A program made the position numbers and the translations under genes. Source: Eledone cirrhosa (lineage: Eukaryota). Taken from it: DNA of 64,000 bases. Every line of letters starts with the position of its first letter. Positions within the stretch are counted from its first letter, which is position 1. The stretch is from contig OZ024740.1 of the NCBI GenBank assembly GCA_964016885.1, positions 428,916,001 through 428,980,000 of the forward strand. The letters are read 5' to 3'. The notes beneath the pieces were generated by a model that saw nothing but the letters and a program-made list of their open reading frames with translations, was not told the DNA's origin and did not search any database. Positions 27,195 to 37,891 of the stretch are shown here, one piece after another.

Positions 27195-28006
27195 CTACCC
27201 CCCCGGGTCATTATGGGGTTTGAGGGCGAGGTAAGTCCTACGCAATCTATGTTTACATGCAGTAACCAGTTCATCTTTCTTGTTTAGGAGTTGGTCCGTC
27301 GAAAACAGCATTTGTAAAGTTTCCTCCGAGCATAAATTGCACGGACGGCGTCCTCCCGTGTAAGAATTGGCTCTGGACAGTAATCTCCAAGTGAGATCGT
27401 AGGTGATGTTGTTGTCCTTGAGGTCCCATATGTGGCCCGAAAGTGTAGTGGCGTGACGCCGGGCCGGGTTTCGGAAGGTATGTCTATGTTGGTATAGCCG
27501 GGTCTTGAAGTCACATGCGGTAAGTCCTATATAGGCTTTGTTGGAGGTATCCGTCCTCACGTTGCACTGGTAGATCACATTACGGTCTCTGCATCTATTG
27601 TCGAGTGGGCAAATAGATCTATCCGGGCAGTTACACCTCCTGGTCGGTTCTCCACTGCTATTTAGGTTATTTCTGCCATCGGGGTTGAGTTTTTTGTTGT
27701 TAGAGGAGACGATGTTTTGTGCGAAGTTTGGTGTAGTGCTGTAAGAGAGTTTGATGGTATTTTTGTTAATTATGTTGTGGTAGCGGTGTTGTAATGGGAA
27801 GTGTTTTTCAATGAGCCTAAAGAATAGTTTCCCGATGGGAGTAGTCACCTCTGCGTTGTGGGGAGGATTGAACCATGTTACATTGCGTGAGCGGCGGTGT
27901 CTCCTGCTGGTTCCGCTAATGGGAGCTGGACAGTAGGATATTTCCTCCCGGAAACCACTCCGCTTGAGGGCCTGGTTGTAATAAGGCGCATGTTCATCGA
28001 ATATCC
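27195..28006 (-). pseudogene. Inverted copy of the C-terminal linker and GIY-YIG endonuclease coding region
   Basis: Translation identical to the + copy from RIFDEHAPYY to HNDPGG. Confidence 0.9.
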
Positions 28007-28008
28007 TC

Positions 28009-29298
28009 CTCCACGCCAGGAAGACAGTCTTACTCTTTGACGACTCTAAATGGATAAAAAGAGCTCCCGACTCACCCTTCGACGTCAGCATGGGCACCAC
28101 GGATTCGGCGGAGGTCACAGATCTTATAGGATTATTCCTAATAGCCAAACTCACTGATATGTTTCCTGCATTCGGTGGTGGATTGTACCGTGATGATGGG
28201 CTCCTTACCCTTAAAGGGTACAACCCCAGTAGTACAGATCGGGTCCGGAAACAATTAATCAGATTCTTCCGCGACTGGGGATTTAAAATAACCATACAAA
28301 CGTCCCTGACCCGAGTTAACTTCCTGGACGTGACCCTCGACCTCGAAAACGACCTGTACTACCCAGACAGGAAACCTAATGACAATCTGCACTACATCCA
28401 CCGACGATCAAACCATCCTAGGAACATCACAAACAACCTGGTCAAAAACATCTCCCTCCGCATATCCCGTTTGTCAGCTAATGAGCGGATATTCGATGAA
28501 CATGCGCCTTATTACAACCAGGCCCTCAAGCGGAGTGGTTTCCGGGAGGAAATATCCTACTGTCCAGCTCCCATTAGCGGAACCAGCAGGAGACACCGCC
28601 GCTCACGCAATGTAACATGGTTCAATCCTCCCCACAACGCAGAGGTGACTACTCCCATCGGGAAACTATTCTTTAGGCTCATTGAAAAACACTTCCCATT
28701 ACAACACCGCTACCACAACATAATTAACAAAAATACCATCAAACTCTCTTACAGCACTACACCAAACTTCGCACAAAACATCGTCTCCTCTAACAACAAA
28801 AAACTCAACCCCGATGGCAGAAATAACCTAAATAGCAGTGGAGAACCGACCAGGAGGTGTAACTGCCCGGATAGATCTATTTGCCCACTCGACAATAGAT
28901 GCAGAGACCGTAATGTGATCTACCAGTGCAACGTGAGGACGGATACCTCCAACAAAGCCTATATAGGACTTACCGCATGTGACTTCAAGACCCGGCTATA
29001 CCAACATAGACATACCTTCCGAAACCCGGCCCGGCGTCACGCCACTACACTTTCGGGCCACATATGGGACCTCAAGGACAACAACATCACCTACGATCTC
29101 ACTTGGAGATTACTGTCCAGAGCCAATTCTTACACGGGAGGACGCCGTCCGTGCAATTTATGCTCGGAGGAAACTTTACAAATGCTGTTTTCGACGGACC
29201 AACTCCTAAACAAGAAAGATGAACTGGTTACTGCATGTAAACATAGATTGCGTAGGACTTACCTCGCCCTCAAACCCCATAATGACCCGGGGGGGTAG
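28009..29298 (+). CDS. Penelope-like reverse transcriptase (C-terminal part) plus GIY-YIG endonuclease, 5'-truncated
   Basis: Frame is open upstream of ATG 28090 (LHARKTVLLF...W...FDVSMG); motifs YRDDGL, VNFLDVTLDL, YIH..SNHP, WFNPP, CNC....CPL...C, VIYQC...YIG, RLYQH, CNLC.EE, LLNK. Confidence 0.9.
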   Translation, partial: LHARKTVLLFDDSKWIKRAPDSPFDVSMGTTDSAEVTDLIGLFLIAKLTDMFPAFGGGLYRDDGLLTLKGYNPSSTDRVRKQLIRFFRDWGFKITIQTSLTRVNFLDVTLDLENDLYYPDRKPNDNLHYIHRRSNHPRNITNNLVKNISLRISRLSANERIFDEHAPYYNQALKRSGFREEISYCPAPISGTSRRHRRSRNVTWFNPPHNAEVTTPIGKLFFRLIEKHFPLQHRYHNIINKNTIKLSYSTTPNFAQNIVSSNNKKLNPDGRNNLNSSGEPTRRCNCPDRSICPLDNRCRDRNVIYQCNVRTDTSNKAYIGLTACDFKTRLYQHRHTFRNPARRHATTLSGHIWDLKDNNITYDLTWRLLSRANSYTGGRRPCNLCSEETLQMLFSTDQLLNKKDELVTACKHRLRRTYLALKPHNDPGG

Positions 29299-30514
29299 AC
29301 TAGGGCTATAACACCCCACTTGCCGATTTTGCAATGGGTAACCCCTGCTTGCCAAGGAAGACGTAAGATCTTCTTTGTATTCTTTTATCGCTTCCTTTAT
29401 TTCCTTCCTCCCTCTCTCCTTTGTCCTTCTACCCCAGCTCTTCTCCTTTGTCGGCGTCTTTTCTCGCCCACCCGAGGCTGCCCTTTGGCCCCATGTAGCC
29501 TTAGTACCCCCACCACCCCCTCCCCTAGTCTATGATAGATTTGGCGGACTCCGCCCTTTATAGCAGTTGGCTTAGACCCCGGATACTTGCCCCCTTTTTC
29601 CGACCGCTCCCACTATTCTCTGTGCCCTCTATATTTCTTAGTGGCACTTATGCCTTATTTTTTTCGTCTCAGTATTTCTTGCCTCGCTTTTCTTCTGGAC
29701 GGGGTGGATTCTGAATTTATTTCTCCGTATTCTACCTTTATTTCGTACGAACTTTCATGTAGCTTGTTTTAGATCTTTTAGAGTTAGCATTAGTATATAT
29801 TTTTCTCGGGACTCAGAATTATTATCTCGTACAAGTTCACTTTGCTGCACTGGGTCGTTGCTGGCCCGGGATGGAAACCTTTATTGTTTATTTCGTGGTA
29901 GTCTCTTTAGTATTTTGGCCCCTTTTGTTGACCCGTCACCGTATCATTTACGTACTTATACCTCTTAAAAGGGTCCTTGCCTATCTCGTCCCACCTAGTT
30001 CTTTTACTTATTTCGTTATTTCTTTATTTCTTTCTTTCTTTACTTCTTTCTTTCTTTCTTTATTTTATTCTAGCCTAACAATAGCCTGAGACCTAGGTCG
30101 TAGAATTTAATTTACTTTACTTTTTTCTTTACACTTATTTGCTTTTCTTCACTCTCAGTATTTTTTCTGTCCTATATATTTCTACCCCCCATTGTTCTAC
30201 CTACAGTTCCGACTTCCTCCCCCTCCCCCTCCCCTGTATCTTCTTTGACCTCATGCCCAGCTGTAGCTGGCACTACCAACGCTTGATTGGGTCTACTCCA
30301 CCCCTCCCCTCTTTCTCCTACTGGCAGGTTTAGCCACCATCTCCCCTACTAATTTGCAACCACAGAATTACTACTGATTTTTGACAATCACTTTGACCAT
30401 ATATGGAATTACCCCTTGAGAAGATCGGCTATTTAAATACCAGGATAAATTTTCATTTAGTACAGAATTAGCCGTCGAAACGGCTTGAGCTCAGCTGTCG
30501 GGGTCTTACTGGTT

Positions 30515-30581
<67 letters not shown>

Positions 30582-30604
30582 TTTGTGTATATATATATAT
30601 ATAT

Positions 30605-30786
30605 AACAAAAAGGGTGTGGTAAGATCCTAGGTGAACCATAACGCACCAGAGTACTCGATACTTGGAGTAGTAGAGTGGGTAATATAAAATGACTCAGGA
30701 CCCCGACGGGTGAGCTCCGACGTGTGAGTTCGGTTCTAGCTGTCGAAACAGCCGGAGCTCAGCCGTCGGGGTCCTGAATCTTCTCA
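30605..30786. mobile_element. Miniature Penelope-like element: tail, short inverted arm and 3' end, in (TA)n
   Basis: 30605-30683 homologous to 25891-25968; inverted repeat CAGGACCCCGACGG.TGAGCTCCG / CGGAGCTCA.CCGTCGGGGTCCTG. Confidence 0.75.
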
Positions 30787-30807
30787 TATATATATATATA
30801 TATATAT

Positions 30808-30876
<69 letters not shown>

Positions 30877-30877
30877 C

Positions 30878-30909
<32 letters not shown>

Positions 30910-31835
30910 ATTTATATATGTATGACCATATGTATACGTATAAAAATATATATGCATACGCTCGCGGACTGATAGATAGATAGATAGATAAATCGATAGA
31001 TTGCTGTGAGAAATTCAAATTTCCTGAAGAAATTTCATAAAGCGGGAGAGTGTACGCCACTCATGATAAATTCAAAAGCAGGTAGTGTAACTACCATTAT
31101 ATTTCTGCATAAAATGCAACTTCCGTTGATCTTAACATAACGTAAGAGAGCTAGCTGCCTTGCTGAGATGTGTAGCTGATATGTTTATTAGCTAATTGCA
31201 GTCATCCATCATCGACTTGAATGAAGTGTTTGAAATATACCGGTTTACATTTAACATAAAATCCGTAACAATAAGAGTCTGAATTTTGACTGTTTCATAG
31301 CTTCAATAACACATTTCACAGGCATTTTTATGTCTTTCGTTCAACAAGCGTGGCAACCGACGCTGCCATTGCAGTGTGAGAAACATTTCATATATGTGCC
31401 AGATTATCTGTACTAAAGTCTTGTTTGATAATAATGGTGGTTGTTAACAGTCAATTACGGTAAGCTTGTCTACAATGTTGAATCCAGCGGAAACAGTCGC
31501 CATTCGTCTTGTAAAATGATGGCCTTCTACTAATAGATATTGGCGCTGATTAAAAACGAAAAACAAACATAAATGAAGTCGGCGGTTTCTAACATAAAGG
31601 CGTGAGGAAGGCTGAGTTTAAAATATACTTCTATCTTGAATGGCGTAATGTTGTATTAAATAAAGTGGCACTTAGAAATTAATGCAGCGTTAAAAATGTT
31701 TATGTATAAATTAACGACAGTTCTTTTTCTTCTCTCAATCTTTCTATTTCTCTTTTTCCACTATATCTATCCATCTCTCTATCTATAAACCCACTTCAAC
31801 TATCTTGTACCGTCTTTATTTCTTTTACTATCTTC

Positions 31836-31867
<32 letters not shown>

Positions 31868-32104
31868 CTATCTCTCTATCTATCTATTTATCTACGTATT
31901 TCTCGCTTAATTAATGATGGAATCCATTCAATGGTACATTATATTTGAAACGTAAATAGAAAAGCACTATTAACAAGAACCAGAAAACTACACCATTAAC
32001 AACTGTTGCAATGACTTCACCAAAGATGTTTCTCCTAATTATTGCAATGGTAACAAATGAATTAAAAACAACGAAAGAGCCTCTCTGTGGTTAATTGGCG
32101 TACT

Positions 32105-32292
32105 AATAATTGTTTCTACTTCTGGCGCAAGGCCAGCAATTACCCAGTTCATTACTGGTACTTTATTTTATTGACCCCGTAAGGATGAAAGGCAAAGCTA
32201 ACCTCGACGGGATTTGAACTCAGACCGTAAAGGGACGTAACTATGCTAGAAAGCATGGCGTCCCACCCGCTACCGATACTGCCAATTCACCA
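32105..32292 (-). mobile_element. SINE family A copy, full length
   Basis: Reverse complement aligns end to end with 22785-22968. Confidence 0.8.
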
Positions 32293-32528
32293 ATAGCAGC
32301 CAAATCTCTTTGATATCACACACTATGGCTTGTAAAATAAGGAAGTCTTTTAAAACAGACGAAATGTAGCAGGAAGACAATTTCCATGATTTACTAAACT
32401 ATTGTTGCTCAACAAGAAACTTTGGAGACGTTTTATTGTCGTCTAACATCCGCCACCTCTCAATCTGACTCTTGCTGACATAGATGTTCGGATATCTGAG
32501 TGTTAGTCACAATATATACATATTATAT

Positions 32529-35500
32529 TAGTGGGGGGGGATATTTTCCTGAGGGCCGGAACCCCCCTGTACATACCCCCTGAATTTGAGGATGGTCGAA
32601 AAGAAGGAAAAGTCCGCTATTATTGCACCTATACTCGATATTTTTTCGTCACAATGGGGGTTTTGGGTGTCGATAAACTCATTTATGGTATTGTTTTTGC
32701 ATTACGACCATCCAATATGCCGGAAATCCAGGATAGCGACCAAAATCCAAGATGGCGACCAAAATTCGATATGGCGAGTACAATAATTTTTCACTGCGAG
32801 ATTTATGTTGTCTCATGTAATAAATAGTTTCTCATGTTTAACGTCTACCGAATTCGTTATTGCTTCGTTCTTTAGCCGAACTTGTATTTCCCCGTGATCT
32901 CACATGCACCATATCTTTCATACTTTCAGATTGATGTCCAAGTTTTGAAATGGCATACAGGCACACACAATTACCATTGCTTTCGTCCGCGAAGAAGATT
33001 CTCGGTGAACTGGAATATGTGGAAACTGCAGGATTCCCCAATGGACTTCTACCCACAAAAAGGAATGTTATCACGAACATGATGTATCTAATGCGACCAT
33101 CACGAGCAGACCAGAGTCAGAGATCAAAAGAAGAAGCAGCATTGTCCCTCTCATATGTGCTATCAGAACACTGGATTTTCTGTAACGTATATACAGTGAC
33201 GATAAAACATATAAAACGGGAAATACTTCAATTATATGCAGAATTTCAACGACTATATCAAACGAGGAAGAACAGGAGAAATGAAAAATACTTGGAGGAG
33301 GTTAAAAACTTTAACAACGAGGTGGATTATATATTTGATATATTCTGCGAGAAGGCCGTAGTGAGGAAGAGACTAGAACATTACCACGGAGTCAGCATGA
33401 CAGACGATGAGTGGGAATTCCTTCATGATCAACGCAAGGACCGTGAAATGTTTTGTGAGAATTTCATAGATAAAAAGTGGGAAAAGACAATGAAAAGGAG
33501 GAAAAGTGACATTGAATCTTTGGAAAGGCAGATGCAGAGAGCTGAAAAAGAGCAAGAAATGATCCAATTATTTATGGATGTGTCTTCGGACTCTACCGAA
33601 GACAACGAACAAGTTGCGGACGTTGATTTCTCATCTGACAGTGCTCCGTCAGTTCCTAAGAAGCGTAATGTTGTGGCATCATTGGACTTCGGAGATGATA
33701 TTCTACCCCGATGTTTCAGACACTTACGAATCAGGGAGAGGATAATAAAGCCGGAAGTATACAAAACTATCGATGAACTGAAATCCATAACTCATATGTC
33801 TGAAAATCAGGCTAATGCCGCGATAGTTGTTGTTGGAAATAAATTGTTTGACAGGAAATAGAAGTTACATAACGAAATCGATGTGATCGATCTCGATACT
33901 TTACCTCATAAACGTAATATTCGAGAGAGCGGATAAGGTATTGAAATGATGGCACTGGACTGCATAGTTAAGGAAATCATGTCTTCAGATACCAACAGCG
34001 TGATTACCTATCACGACGACGGGTCCAAAAAACAAGGTGTTGGATCTTTCAGTGTACAGGGCATGACAATTGGTGGAAAGTACAGAGCGCTGCCTAGTTA
34101 CCGATAGCGTCTGAATCGCGACAGAACTTGGCTGATTTAAAATTGGCTGTTTTATCCATATGGACAAAACAGCCAATTTTAACCTGATCAGTTATCACAA
34201 AATCAATTTTTTCGAGGAACAATTTGACGGGTACCTCACTTGCAGGTTCTAGTGATATACCCGTCAAATTGCTCTTCGAAAAAAATGATTTTGTGATAAC
34301 TGATCAGACATCACACAATTTCGAGGTTGAGGCGATCCTAGCTGAAAAACTAGAGACTGAACACGTTCCAGACCCCCTTTTCTGTAATTTTCATCCTTCC
34401 CTCATGTTCAACAGGGTTTTGACGAAGCTATGGTCTGAAATTGAAAACGAAATTGGTAGAGACAAAATCTTCTCGAGTTTTCTAGTGAATGCAACTACTA
34501 ATGCCTCAAGCGTCACAGAGCAAGCCCTCGACTGTATAACAAGATTGATATGCCATGATTTCGACCACAAAAATTGGAACAAGGTGAATGACTTTGACTC
34601 GTTTATACATCCACGCAAAAACAAGTCCGTTTCATTGAAAGATGAACGGTTCAATCGGCTTACCATAACTTGTGCAGTTACGCTGTATCACCTAGACGAT
34701 GTAGCCGCATACGTTCAGAAATTCGAGCATGTAACTAACCAGTTGACGTGCATAGTGCACTGTTTTATGAATATGGACTTCCTCCGGGTGTTGTTCTGCA
34801 GTGGAACTATCATCGGATTGCATTTGGTAGAGCCATTCTTATCACTCCCGACTGCACAAGCGACGGACTATCCCAAACTGGCGATAGCATTCAATAAGAT
34901 CTATGACGATTTGATACATATTGATCCCAGCAAATTATTATCTACCGGCCAACCAGCTTTGAGTTTCGTATCAGAAGAACGTTTCAGACAGATCCGATAT
35001 GATGACGAAATGTGCGATGCGATAAATGCGGCGACCTGCGAGTTGAGAGATGATGTACTCAAAGTCATAAAGGTGCTCTTACCGAAGTTGGGTGATGGCT
35101 TCCAGAAGCAAAAGGGCGACATATTCGGATTTGGAGAAGCTCACGATTCTCCATACGCCTTATCAAAGATGGACACTGCCAAACTTGAAAAAGCGCCTAT
35201 TCACAACCTCGATTCGGAAAGAAGCGTGGGCTTTATTAATTACGAATTGACTCGCCGAGGCGCGAAACAATTGGCCGCCACTTCTTCATCTCAAGTAAAG
35301 ATGAAGGCTAAAAACCTGATCGAAAATGAGTCGGGGTCTTTCGTCAAATACAGGAAGTTGGTTAGAAAAGGCGACCAAATACCTGAAATTATGAAAGCAT
35401 GGACTGTAGGACAGGAGGAGTTGACACGCGAAGGCCTCGCAACCAAGGAAAATGCCAATATTGCCACCCACAAGCGACGAAACAAGGACCTTGATTATCT

Positions 35501-36237
35501 AAAATCTGTAGGTGGTCCTTTCACTAAAAAGGAGGAGATAGATACATATATGGAGAGCGATATAGCTTCGGAAACAGATAAAATAGAAAGGTTGTATTTA
35601 GAAATTACATATGCAAGGGAAACTTCGCTATCGATACCAAAAACCAGCGACATTTTCAAACTGAAAAGGAATTATCGGAAACTAGATGTAGATACTTACG
35701 TGCGAAATCTGAGGGTTTATCTGGAGAAAGGCAGCTGCAAAACGGATGCTACTGTTCAGGACTTTAAAGACGCTTTAGATCACTTGTTGAACAATTATAA
35801 TTTAAATAAACCAATGATAATGTACCAATGAATCATACATAATAATTTTTTCAAGCCATAGACTAGAGTTTAAAATATCCCATTCATGAAAAATGATATA
35901 TTAGTCAATATAGTTGGTTCAATAACAGTTTCCCATATGCGGCATCCTGGATTTCCGGCATATTGGATGGTCGTAATGCAAAAACAATAGCATAAATGAG
36001 TTTATCGACCCCCCAAACCCCCATTGTACGAAAAAATATCGAGTATAGTTGCAATAATAGCGGACTTTTCCTTCTTTTCGACCATCCTCAACTTCAGGGG
36101 GTATGTACAGGGGGGTTCCGGCCCTCGGAAGGAAAAATTTTTAGTATGATTTCAGTGAATGGTATGGGTCATAACATATTTTAAAGGGGGCCCGGAAATT
36201 GAGTCTGCAGATTTGTAAATTAACACCCCCCTCCCTA
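32529..36237 (+). mobile_element. hAT-like DNA transposon (hATm/hATw-like), decayed
   Basis: Termini TAGTGGGGGG...CCCCCCTCCCTA; ~185-bp subterminal inverted repeats (about 32549-32734 / 35944-36126); ATTATAT on both flanks; internal transposase. Confidence 0.8.
32950..35831 (+). pseudogene. DDE transposase (hAT-related CxxH type) with stops, a frameshift and an insertion
   Basis: N-terminal LPT...FDIFC...EFLHDQR..R.M resembles hATm-type proteins; read-through gives ITYHDDGS (D), VITDQTSHN (D), CNFH (CxxH), HNLDSERSVG (E); stops at 33859 and ~33934, frameshift near 34098. Confidence 0.72.
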
Positions 36238-36240
36238 ATT

Positions 36241-37080
36241 ATATACACTATATACACTATATATACACTATATATACACTATATATACACTATATATACG
36301 CTATATATGTACTATATATACACTATATATACACTATATATGCACTACATATACACTATATATACATATTATATACACTATATATATACTATATATACAC
36401 TATATATACACTATATATACACTATATATACACTATATATGCACTACATATACACTATATATACATATTATATACACTATATATATACTATATATACACT
36501 ATATATACACTATATATACACTATATATACACTATATATACATATTATATATACTAAATATATATATATTATATATACTATATATTCACTTTATATACAC
36601 TATATATACACAATATATACATATTATATATACACAATATATACATATATATACTATATATACACTTTATATACATATTATATATACACAATATATACAT
36701 ATTATATATATACTATATATTCATTTTATATACATATTATATACACACAATATATACATGTTATATATACTATATATACACTTTATATACATATTATATA
36801 TACACAATATATACATGTTATATATACTATATATTCATTTTATATACATATTATATACACACAATATATACATGTTATATATACTATATATACACTTTAT
36901 ATACATATTATATATACACAATATATACATGTTATATATAGTATATATTCATTTTATATACATATTATATACACACAATATATACATGTTATATATACTA
37001 TAAATACTTTTTATATATATATTATATATACACAATATACACATGTTATATATACTATATATTCATTTTATATACAATGT
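36241..37080. repeat. AT-rich low-complexity minisatellite (TATATATACAC-derived)
   Basis: Direct reading. Confidence 0.88.
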
Positions 37081-37442
37081 ATTTAAACAGTCGGTTGATC
37101 AGATCCGCCCTGGTACTGTGTCTGGTATCTCATGTATCAATATCAGAACGATGATAGGTTATTGTTTAAGTATTTATATATATCCAAGTGTCTATTTCTG
37201 AATGTTGCACTTGCATCATTTCAATAAAACTATCGTGTGAACTGGATGAAGCACTCAGAAGATAGTAACCATTAGTGATGTGGAACCACGTCTAATACGA
37301 TGGAGTATCGCTTTACGAATAAACGTTAAAACCTGTTTTTGTAATCAAATTTATATTTATTATGCGCATTTCAGTAACACCAGGGTATTGCAGTTATGTA
37401 ACTGCAACAACAATATATATATATATATATATATTTTTTCTC

Positions 37443-37473
37443 CTGATGAAGGGCTTATGCCCGAAACGTCGTC
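37443..37473 (+). ncRNA. Minimal hammerhead ribozyme core, stem I not formed (likely Penelope-associated relic)
   Basis: CTGATGA-A-GGGC TTAT GCCC-GAAAC-GTC. Confidence 0.4.
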
Positions 37474-37709
37474 CCCCATCTCCCACTCTCATGTGTGAAA
37501 CTAATAATAATATCATTTGTACTGCCTCTTCGTTTTTCTGTTTTTGCTCTCTGTTTACTTTTTAAAAAACTATATATATATGAATGTATGTATATTATAT
37601 TTGGCAATATACCGTGTGTTTAATTAAACATTTTTAGAAGACCATTCGCTATCAGTTTGAAAGTAGGGACTATGTCACTTACTTATATTTTCGGCAAAGG
37701 CTGGGAGAA

Positions 37710-37752
37710 TGGCTGACAGCTGTTTCTAGCTGCTTGGAGTTAATCAGAGCCA
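37710..37752 (-). ncRNA. Degenerate minimal hammerhead ribozyme-like motif
   Basis: Minus strand TGGCT-CTGATTA-...-GAAAC AGCT GTC-AGCCA: stem I and palindromic stem III intact, G8 mutated, stem II weak. Confidence 0.35.
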
Positions 37753-37891
37753 CGTACGCCCCTATTTCCACCGAAAATTATAGGAGCTGGATTCTTATAG
37801 AATTCCAGTAATAATCACGAGCTGATTATACAGAGCGATTGCCAGTCCAGCAAAATTTAGGTATCACGTTTGGTGTTCTCGCTATTCCAGC

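Larger units (their letters stand above)
25891..30519 (+). mobile_element. Penelope-like retroelement (Naiad-like), 5'-truncated, with ~2-kb inverted duplication, inserted in (TA)n
   Basis: RT plus GIY-YIG ORF; arms 25969-28006 and 28487-30519 are near-identical reverse complements; (TA)n on both sides. Confidence 0.9.

Noticed and set aside
27195-28295. 366-aa minus-strand ORF as a separate gene
   Set aside because: Chimera of antisense RT sequence and the inverted endonuclease copy across the inversion junction
28009-30519. Selenoprotein-type Naiad with SECIS
   Set aside because: No in-frame TGA in the retained ORF and no SECIS identified by eye; the missing 5' part cannot be judged
30460-30520. 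Hammerhead ribozyme at the CGAAAC of the Naiad-like 3' end
   Set aside because: No CUGANGA core; GAAA lies in a simple hairpin
36226-36240. Telomeric CCCTAA
   Set aside because: Single occurrence that coincides with the transposon terminus
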